From: Promethearchaeota archaeon
GTDB lineage: Archaea; Asgardarchaeota; Lokiarchaeia; Sigyniarchaeales; SOKP01
Assembly (NCBI GenBank): GCA_048941015.1
Contig: JBHLNZ010000034.1
Location: 1 to 10,624, forward strand
Reading direction: 5' to 3'
DNA: 10,624 nucleotides
The notes below the pieces were generated by a model that had not been told where the DNA came from, did no database searches, and saw nothing but the letters and a program-made list of their open reading frames with translations. This document shows, in pieces, positions 1-7,800 of this stretch (position 1 is its first letter; each line of letters opens with the position of its first letter). A program made the translations under genes and the position numbers.

Positions 1-572
1 ACTAGAACTGTCCATAGAGCGACTTTAGATGCTTCATTTAGTAAATAGAATGTATTTTTATATTCTTCTTCTGTCATTTCTAGGCCGGTTCTAACAAGAA
101 CAGATTCAGTTCTTAAGAATGGTTTTTTTTTAATTAAGTACAAATCTAATTTATATTTATCTTCATCAATATTGGAAGTATCATAAACCGAAATACCTAA
201 ATCAGCACAATAGTCAGCGAACACGTCAATTAATTCATGTTTTGCGATAAAATCAAATCTAGATAAATATTTTCTAATTTTACCATCTCTAAAAAGCATA
301 TCCGCTATAAATGCTAAACAATTCGGATATATTTTCTGGAGTTCGGCGATATTCTTATATTTTTCATAGAAATGAATACTTATATTGTCAAGGTAACCCA
401 ATTTAGTAGGTTCTTTATCTTCAAGGATATTTATCCTGTTTGTCGCTATAAAGCTCTCCAATTCCTTGAATCTGGCTCTTATTATTAAACAATTTAAACA
501 TAGAATCCCAAATTTTCCCTCATTTTCTTGACGAATTAATTGTAAAATTTCTTCAGGATTCTGTGAGCTCAT
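1..572 (-). CDS. Hypothetical protein, C-terminus beyond the window edge; possible degenerate PD-(D/E)xK / Mrr-like fold
   Basis: Not in the ORF track. Manual translation from ATG at 572 gives 190 stop-free codons to the edge: MSSQNPEEILQLIRQENEGKFGILCLNCLIIRARFKELESFIATNRINILEDKEPTKLGYLDNISIHFYEKYKNIAELQKIYPNCLAFIADMLFRDGKIRKYLSRFDFIAKHELIDVFADYCADLGISVYDTSNIDEDKYKLDLYLIKKKPFLRTESVLVRTGLEMTEEEYKNTFYLLNEASKVALWTVL. A frame this long in AT-rich DNA is very likely coding. The fold call is by eye only. Confidence 0.85.
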   Translation of the reverse strand, partial: MSSQNPEEILQLIRQENEGKFGILCLNCLIIRARFKELESFIATNRINILEDKEPTKLGYLDNISIHFYEKYKNIAELQKIYPNCLAFIADMLFRDGKIRKYLSRFDFIAKHELIDVFADYCADLGISVYDTSNIDEDKYKLDLYLIKKKPFLRTESVLVRTGLEMTEEEYKNTFYLLNEASKVALWTVL

Positions 573-594
573 CTTGGTTAATATAGTTTTTAGA

Positions 595-610
595 TTTTTA
601 AAATATTTTC
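595..610 (-). promoter_or_regulatory. Putative archaeal BRE-TATA promoter for the 572 ORF
   Basis: Minus strand reads GAAAATATTTTAAAAA. The TATA-like TTTTAAAA at 603-596 lies 24-31 nt upstream of the ATG at 572, consistent with a near-leaderless transcript. The AT-rich background limits certainty. Confidence 0.35.
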
Positions 611-636
611 ATTAAATTTCATATTATCAAGTCTAA

Positions 637-1266
637 CTAATTTTGGAATAAAATATATGCATCTCTAAGTCTTAATAAGGCAGTGATAAAGATTAGAATC
701 GTAAATATCCATAGGAGTAAAACCCTCCAGAAAAATAGAATGGTGATTGCTAATAAAAATAAATAGGTTTCAGAACGTTCAATTAGACCTTTTCTATATT
801 TAATAACTTTAGATTTATTAGCACCATTACCTCTTTGAGATAAACTTCCCACTAATAAAAACATAGAAATACACAAAATAATTGATGCTAAAGAAAATAG
901 GCCTGGATAAATTAAATTAAAAGTATCTGTAGATACGATTGCGATAATAATTGAAATTTCAACTGTTCTATCACAAAAAATATCTAATATCCCTCCAAAT
1001 ACCGTTGGTCCTTTTAATCGAGCAATGGGACCATCTAATGTATCAATAAAAAATGAAATTGTCATTAAAATAGCGGACACACATATTAAAAATAGACTAT
1101 AGTCAACAAAAATACCACTCATGAAAATTGTAAATGCGGCAAATAAACCAAAAATTAGGCCTATAATAGTTAATTGATTAGCTGAAAATGTTTTAGCTAT
1201 TAATTTTTCAACAAATTTTTCATATGATTTTTTAAATTTTAATTTAGATATCCAACTATCAATCAT
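637..1266 (-). CDS. CDP-alcohol phosphatidyltransferase family protein (AIP synthase / PgsA / YnjF-like)
   Basis: Signature DxxDGxxAR...GxxxDxxxDR (DTLDGPIARLKGPTVFGGILDIFCDR), ANQLT motif, C-terminal GLIERSE, and several hydrophobic transmembrane segments. Confidence 0.93.
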   Translation of the reverse strand: MIDSWISKLKFKKSYEKFVEKLIAKTFSANQLTIIGLIFGLFAAFTIFMSGIFVDYSLFLICVSAILMTISFFIDTLDGPIARLKGPTVFGGILDIFCDRTVEISIIIAIVSTDTFNLIYPGLFSLASIILCISMFLLVGSLSQRGNGANKSKVIKYRKGLIERSETYLFLLAITILFFWRVLLLWIFTILIFITALLRLRDAYILFQN

Positions 1267-1408
1267 TTTAACGTAAAATTATGAATTAAATTTTTTTTTT
1301 GATCGAAATTTTGCCAAAACTATTAAATTTAATTTTTAATTTTTAATACAAGATTATTTAAGGCGGGTTTTATATTTTTTTCATAGAATAGCGCAGAAAA
1401 GATTCCAA

Positions 1409-2665
1409 ATGCCAAAAAAGCAAAGTAATAAAATTGACTTAATTGCAAAATTTCTCGATAAAGAAAAAGTCATTAATTTTGATAATCTAAGTGATATTGA
1501 AGAAATTTTAAATCTATCTTCTTCCTCTTTCAAGTTCTTAACTGATGCTGATGCAGATTTATTTCTTGACTTATTTAAAATTAGTACTATAGGTCAGTTT
1601 GCCTCACTAGATCCGGAGGAAGCTTTTCAAAGTTTATATACAGATACAAAAACTCGAGATAAGATTGAACATCTTTTACAAACGGATTATGAACTTGAAG
1701 AAAAATTGAAAAAAGCTGTGACCATAAGCAAAATAATAGATAAAGTTCGTGAAGAATCTCTTTCTTTTATTTACAAGGAACAAAAGATAATTGTAGTAGG
1801 ATTAAGTAATGCTGGTAAAACAACGATTTTAAAGAAATTTGGCGGGCAAATAGGAATTAAAGATCTCGCGAAGTTAAATCCTACTAAAGGTATTGAGCGG
1901 CAAGAGATTGTTACTTCCGACTTAGCATTAGCCATCTGGGATTTTGGAGGTCAAGAAGAATATAGAAATAAGTACTTGCAAAATCCAGATAAATATTTCC
2001 TGAATGTTGATTTAGTTATTTATGTCATCGATCTCCAAGATCCAGGGAGTTTTGAAGAAAGTATTAATTATTTTAACCAGATTATTGATGTCTTATATAA
2101 AGTTGAAGAAGAACCGTATATTTTAATATTTATCCATAAATTTGATCCTGATATTAAGGATGACTCCGAAGTCTTACTCAATATAGAACTTTTAAAGGAT
2201 TTAATAAAAGGAGTATTCAAAGAAAGGGAGGAATTTGAATATGACATCTTCTTAAGTTCAATATACTCCGTAATTGCTAATGAGCCAAAATTCTCTAAAT
2301 ATCTTAAAACTACAATGCAGAAAACGGCAACTTTAACTGATCATAAGTTAGAAGGCATGGCAAGTATTTTAGAAAGTACGTTAAATGGTATAATTAGACT
2401 ATCCGAAAGTGTTATGGCACAATATAATAATTTAGATCATCGAATTAGAGCTTTAGAAATGGGAGGAAACCTAGCTGAAGACCATATTAAACAACTTCCC
2501 GCTCCAGAATATTCAACTCAGTTCAAATTAACTACTGATGTTCCAGTTACTCAAAGTCAAAAATTTGAGCAGAGAATATTTCAAAGACAAAACGTTAAAT
2601 CTGCTATTCTTGAAGAATTAAAAGATTTGTTTGATAAAAGTAAGAGACGACAATATCAAAGTTAA
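1409..2665 (+). CDS. Multidomain Ras-superfamily small GTPase (Rag/Arf-like, Asgard type) with N-terminal helical domain and C-terminal coiled coil
   Basis: G1 GLSNAGKT (1799-1822), G2 PTKG, G3 WDFGGQ (1937-1954), G4 HKFD (2135-2146), G5 SSI. HKxD with (T/S)SI is Rag/Gtr-like. There are ~120-aa extensions on both sides of the GTPase core. Confidence 0.9.
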   Translation: MPKKQSNKIDLIAKFLDKEKVINFDNLSDIEEILNLSSSSFKFLTDADADLFLDLFKISTIGQFASLDPEEAFQSLYTDTKTRDKIEHLLQTDYELEEKLKKAVTISKIIDKVREESLSFIYKEQKIIVVGLSNAGKTTILKKFGGQIGIKDLAKLNPTKGIERQEIVTSDLALAIWDFGGQEEYRNKYLQNPDKYFLNVDLVIYVIDLQDPGSFEESINYFNQIIDVLYKVEEEPYILIFIHKFDPDIKDDSEVLLNIELLKDLIKGVFKEREEFEYDIFLSSIYSVIANEPKFSKYLKTTMQKTATLTDHKLEGMASILESTLNGIIRLSESVMAQYNNLDHRIRALEMGGNLAEDHIKQLPAPEYSTQFKLTTDVPVTQSQKFEQRIFQRQNVKSAILEELKDLFDKSKRRQYQS

Positions 2666-2691
2666 TTTTTTTATACTTTTTCTTCTTTTAT
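2666..2691 (+). terminator. T-rich archaeal-type terminator after the GTPase gene
   Basis: TTTTTTTATACTTTTTCTTCTTTTAT directly follows the TAA, in the 26-bp gap between convergent genes. Confidence 0.5.
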
Positions 2692-3297
2692 TTAAAATTT
2701 TATTCCTAGCTTTTTTAATTCTTCTTTTAAGTTAGTGTTATCAAGATTCCAAATTACTTTCATTCCCATTTTTTTAGCTGGTCTTAAAAATGGCTTTACA
2801 TCATCAATAAAGACGCATTCTAGGGGATTCAATAAATATCTATCAATTAAAATTTCATAAATTTTTTTATTCGGTTTATTTACTTTTTCTATTCCTGATA
2901 TAATTTTACCGTCGAAAAGCGAAAGGAACTTGTTTTTTACGCTAATATAATCAAATGCTTCTTTAATATAATTGGATAAAATATATAATTTTAGATTTTG
3001 TTTCTTCAATTCTTCTACAATCGCTACATTCTTTTCAATGGGAGTAAGCATTTCCATCCAATTATTAAAATAAGAAAGGATTAACTTTTCTTTTCTAGGG
3101 TATTGAGAAACTAATTTAGTTTTTGCAGTGTCTAATGTTAAAAATCCACGATCAAGATTTACCCAATACTTACTATGTATTATATTATCTAAAAACCATT
3201 TTATTTCTTGTTTGTTAGAGGTAAATTTATGTATATAGTTTTCAGGATTCCACTTAAATAACACATTCCCTAAATCGAATATAATATTATTAATCAT
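2692..3297 (-). CDS. HAD-superfamily phosphatase (YihX-like, subfamily IA)
   Basis: Motif I IFDLGNVL, motif II ILSN, motif III KP, motif IV VFIDD. Confidence 0.92.
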   Translation of the reverse strand: MINNIIFDLGNVLFKWNPENYIHKFTSNKQEIKWFLDNIIHSKYWVNLDRGFLTLDTAKTKLVSQYPRKEKLILSYFNNWMEMLTPIEKNVAIVEELKKQNLKLYILSNYIKEAFDYISVKNKFLSLFDGKIISGIEKVNKPNKKIYEILIDRYLLNPLECVFIDDVKPFLRPAKKMGMKVIWNLDNTNLKEELKKLGIKF

Positions 3298-3443
3298 AAA
3301 ATAACAGGTGATATTAAATAAAAACGATTGATTGAAAATACTCGAATTTTCTATACAATAAATTCATTATAAATTCATTTTTAATAAAAATAATTATTAA
3401 AGAAAACCAAAAATTAGAAAAATAAGGTAAATTATAACTAATA

Positions 3444-3460
3444 CAGAATTTAAATATAAA
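3444..3460 (+). promoter_or_regulatory. Putative BRE/TATA promoter of the hdrD-hdrL operon
   Basis: CAGAATTTAAATATAAA, with TTTAAATA at 3449-3456, predicts a transcription start near 3478-3483. Confidence 0.35.
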
Positions 3461-3515
3461 ATCATTTTGTTAAATCAGAATGATGAGTAAAAAAAAAATT
3501 ATTTAGAATCTACAG

Positions 3516-4724
3516 GTGAACAACATTTCAGGGGATATAATAAATAAAATAACCACTATGGCAAATTATTGCTATAGTTGTAATCGATGTGTTAATGTAT
3601 GCCCCATTTCCCATATAGGTATGTTTGAACCCCAAAAATTAATTGTAGATCTATTATTTTCTCCTCTTGAAGAGGTCTTAAAAAATCATAATATATGGGA
3701 TTGTTTAACTTGTGGTCTTTGCTCAAATTATTGTCCAATGACACAAGAAGGGACAGGTGTGAGATTTCCAGAATTAATATTAGAATTAAGAAAAATAGCT
3801 CTTAATAATTCCAGTCAAATAGATAAAATAATTCAATGCGAAACCCACGATGAAATCTTTCCACTAATTTCAAAAATTATGTCGGATGATAAATTACATC
3901 CCGATAAGTTAGAGTTTTTAACAAAAAATTCTTTAAAGACGACAGATTCAGGTGAACTCGCATATTTTATTGGATGTTTACCAATCATGGATACTATTTT
4001 TTATAAATCTAAAATCAATTATATAAGTACTCCTAAGACTATAATTGGACTCCTTAATGAAAATGACATAATACCCGTCGTTTTAAATGAAAAGTGTTGT
4101 GGACATGATATATTATGGGGGAGGGGGGACATAAATACATTTAAAAAGCTTGCGGAATATAATGTTAAGCTTTACAGAGAAGCAGGTGTTAAAACAATTA
4201 TATTGGGATGTGCTGAAGGGTATAGGACTTGGAAATTTGATTATCCAAAAATAATAAAAGACTTTGATTTCAATGTTGTACATTTCTCTGAATTCTTCTT
4301 ACAAGAAAATATCCTTGAAAATGTCAGATTTCCTCAAGAAACAAAGATTAAAGTAACCTATCATGATGCATGTAGATTAGGACGTTTAGGTGGAAAAGTA
4401 TATGATGCCCCGAGAGATTTAATTAAACAAATCCCGGGAGTTGAATTGATAGAAATGAAAAATATTAGAGACGATGCTAATTGTTGTGGAGTTTCTGCTT
4501 TTATGGGTTGTAATGAATCAACTCGTACTTTAAGACAAAATCGTATTAAGGAAGCAATAGAAACAGGAGCACAATATCTAATAGTACCTTGTCCGAAATG
4601 CCTAACACATTTTGATTGTTACCTGAATGAACCTTCATTAGATGATGAACATAAAGAGTTTAAAAATAAAATTAAAGTTATAGATTTGGCAAGTTTTATA
4701 GGAGAATTACTTTTCCTAGCTTAA
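3516..4724 (+). CDS. hdrD: HdrD-like heterodisulfide reductase-related Fe-S protein (2x[4Fe-4S] ferredoxin + two CCG domains; HdrC/HdrB-type fusion)
   Basis: CYSCNRCVNVCP and CLTCGLCSNYCP. CCG domain 1 is YFIGC...EKCCG...CAEG and CCG domain 2 is TYHDACRLGR...CCG...CPKC. The start is uncertain: GTG 3516, ATG 3558, or ATG 3480/3483 upstream of an in-frame TAG. Confidence 0.88.
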   Translation: MNNISGDIINKITTMANYCYSCNRCVNVCPISHIGMFEPQKLIVDLLFSPLEEVLKNHNIWDCLTCGLCSNYCPMTQEGTGVRFPELILELRKIALNNSSQIDKIIQCETHDEIFPLISKIMSDDKLHPDKLEFLTKNSLKTTDSGELAYFIGCLPIMDTIFYKSKINYISTPKTIIGLLNENDIIPVVLNEKCCGHDILWGRGDINTFKKLAEYNVKLYREAGVKTIILGCAEGYRTWKFDYPKIIKDFDFNVVHFSEFFLQENILENVRFPQETKIKVTYHDACRLGRLGGKVYDAPRDLIKQIPGVELIEMKNIRDDANCCGVSAFMGCNESTRTLRQNRIKEAIETGAQYLIVPCPKCLTHFDCYLNEPSLDDEHKEFKNKIKVIDLASFIGELLFLA

Positions 4725-4795
4725 TGATTTGATGGAAATACGTTTGAAAATAAGCCTTATTATGAATTCTAATTAAAAAAATTATTATATTAAAT

Positions 4796-4802
4796 GGAGT
4801 GA
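4796..4802 (+). promoter_or_regulatory. Shine-Dalgarno-like site (GGAGTGA)
   Basis: Ends 5 nt upstream of the in-frame ATG at 4808, which favours 4808 (MSETNKIGAVMIVG) over GTG 4799 as the real start. Confidence 0.5.
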
Positions 4803-4807
4803 ATGAT

Positions 4808-7800
4808 ATGAGCGAAACTAATAAAATAGGAGCTGTAATGATTGTTGGAGCAGGAATTGGTGGCTGTCAAGCAGCATTAGATCTAGCAGATTCAGGTCTC
4901 AAGGTATATCTTGTTGATAAGAATCCTTCTATTGGGGGGGTTATGGCTAAACTTGATAAAACTTTCCCAACTAATGACTGTTCAATGTGTATTTTGGCTC
5001 CTAAACTCGTTGCCGTTGATAGACATCCTAATATTGAATTGATTACTTACTCGGATGTCTTAGATTTAGAAGGCAAACCAGGTAATTTTAATGCAAAAAT
5101 TAGAAAAAGAACTAGATATATATATGAAGATAAGTGTACTGGCTGCGGAGAATGTATTCAACAATGCCCAGTCCGGGTACCGGATGAATTTAATGAAAAT
5201 TTAGACAGTAGAAAGGCAATATATCTTCAATTCCCGCAAGCAGTGCCATTTAAAGTGCAGATAGATAAAAAAGGAATTGCCCCCTGCAGAGATGCTTGCC
5301 CGGCTCACGTTAATGCTCAAGGATATATTGCTTTAATCTCTAAAAAAAGCTATAAAGAATCCTTGGATTTAATTCGAGAACGATGTCCTCTTCCTTCTGT
5401 TATTGGCCGAATCTGTCCTCGCTTCTGTGAATCGGTATGTAATAGAGCAGAAATAGATGATGCTATCAATATTTGTGGATTAAAAAGATTTGTTGCTGAT
5501 CATGTTAGGGAAAATCTTGAAGATGAACCTATCTTTTTAGAAGATAAAAAGGAAGAAAAAGTTGCTATTGTAGGATCAGGCCCAGCAGGTCTTACAGTTG
5601 CTTATCATCTAGCAAGACGTGGATACCCTGTCACCATTTTTGAAAAAGAACCTTTTGCTGGTGGAATGCTTAGATTTGGGATCCCTGATTATAGATTACC
5701 ACCAGAAATTTTAGAAAGCGATATTGAACATATTAAGAAATATGGCGTTGAGATTAAAACAAATACGCCAATAGGCCCAGATTTAACATTAGATGATTTA
5801 AAAAAGCAGGGATATAAAGCTATATTTATCGCTATAGGCCTCCATGATAGTCGGAAGATGGATTTCCAATGTGAAGATATTGATGATGTAATTTATGGAG
5901 TTGATTTTCTAAGAGAATTAAATTTAGGTGGAGATGTACCTAATCTCAAAGATAAAGTTGTAGGAATCGTAGGCGGAGGAGATGTTGCCATGGATGCTGC
6001 TCGATCATCCATAAGATTAGGTGCTAAAAAAGTCATAATCATCTATAGACGATCTGAAGCAGAAATACCTGCCTCTAGAGAAGAACTAAATAGAGCGAGA
6101 GAAGAAGGGATAGAATTTAAGTTTTTAACAGTCCCCACTAAAGATGTAAGTGGTAAAAAAGCCAAACTATCTGAAATTGAATGTGTGCAAATGAAACTTG
6201 GTGAGCCTGATGAATCTGGAAGGCGTAGACCAATCGCAATTGAAGGTTCTGAGTTTAAAATGAGGATAGATACATTGATAATTTCAATCGGACAAGAGTC
6301 AGATTGCTCTCTTATAAAATCAGCTTCTCAAAAAAAAATAAAGATAAATAAATGGGGGTATATCGAAACAGATAAAACAAATTTTGCTACAAATATCCCT
6401 GGTGTATTTGCTGGAGGCGAAATAGTCACAGGCGCAGGTTCTGCTATAGAAGCAATAGCGACAGGAAATAAAGCAGCTTTCGTTATAGAAAAATTTCTAA
6501 AAGGAGAAGATATTTCCGAATTACAAGAAACAATCCCAGATTATAATGTAGAAGATGTAATTTCTATTGAGGATATTCAAGATGTTGATAAAATATCATG
6601 CCAAGAGAGAGGAGAATTTGCAATTTGTCTACCAGATGAACGTATATACAATTTTAGTGAAGTTACTAGCACTATGGATGAGGAATCTTCTATTCAAGAA
6701 GCTAACCGTTGTCTTAATTGTGGATCTTGTTGTGAGTGCTTTGAATGTGTAAGAGCGTGTCTAGCCGAGGCTGTAGATCATAACCTTACTGATGAAATAA
6801 TTTCAATTAATGTTGGAGCTGTGATATTAGCTTTTGGTTCTAACGAATATATACCAAAAGAAGGTAATATTTATGGATATGGTGAATATCCTAACGTCAT
6901 ATCAAGTATTGAATTCGAACGGATTCTGAATGCTTCTGGTCCATTTAAAGGAGAGGTAATCCGTCCTTCAGATCAAGAGCATCCTAAAAAAGTTGCATTC
7001 TTACAGTGTGTAGGTTCTCGAGACAAAACTATAGATCATGAGTATTGTTCCTCAGTATGTTGTATGTATACCACAAAAGAAGCAGTTATTGCCAAAGAAC
7101 ATTTGAAATCCGTTGAACCTACTATTTTTAGTATGGATATAAGAGCATTTGGAAAAGATTTTGATAAATATATTGAGAGAGCTAAGAAGGAGTACGGTGT
7201 AAGATATATTCGCAGTAGAATATCTGGAATTAAAGAGATTCCCGAAACTAATGATTTAAAAATTAGGTATGAAACTGAAGAAGGAGAAATTGTTGAAGAA
7301 GTCTTCAATATGGTTGTGTTATCTGTAGGATTACAACCCAACCCAACGGCTTCAGAATTAGCAAAAAAGATGGATGTTGAACTTAATGAGTATGGTTTTT
7401 GTAAAACAGATAATTTTAATCCCATTGAAACTTCAAGACCTGGAATTTATGTATGCGGGACATTTAAAGAACCAAAAGATATTCCAGAAACTGTTGTAGA
7501 AGCTAGCGCTGCTGCTGGAGCTGTAAATGTTCTTTTATCTGATGCGAGAAACACATTAGTTGCAGAAGAGAAACATTATGAAGAAATTGACGTTAGTGGA
7601 GAACCTCCTAGAATTGGAGTTTTTGTCTGTCATTGTGGAATTAATATCGGAGGAGTTGTTAATGTTCCTGAAGTTGTAGAATATGCTAGTACATTACCTG
7701 ATGTGGTTTATACTGAAAGAAATTTATATACTTGCTCAGCTGATACTCAAACAATTATTAAGGAAAAAATAAAAGAAAATAACATTAATAGGGTGATAGT

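Noticed and set aside
619-639. TAG read-through of the phosphatidyltransferase
   Set aside because: The protein looks complete, and read-through would add only about 6 residues before a TGA.
3304-3519. ACAGGTGA occurring at 3304-3311 and 3512-3519
   Set aside because: Only two copies of an 8-mer, neither followed by a properly spaced start codon. Insufficient support for a site.
4724-4770. ATGA...AAA...TGAA pattern after hdrD resembling a eukaryote/Loki-type SECIS
   Set aside because: No convincing helix could be paired by hand, and neither hdr gene has an in-frame TGA.
4934-4940. G7 run in hdrL (also A9 at 123-131 and T10 at 1291-1300) as phase-variation tracts
   Set aside because: The coding runs are in frame and encode ordinary residues (conserved IGG motif, KKK). 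A/T runs are common at this base composition.
6567-6752. 61-aa alternate-frame ORF
   Set aside because: Lies entirely within the motif-rich hdrL CDS and has no recognisable features.
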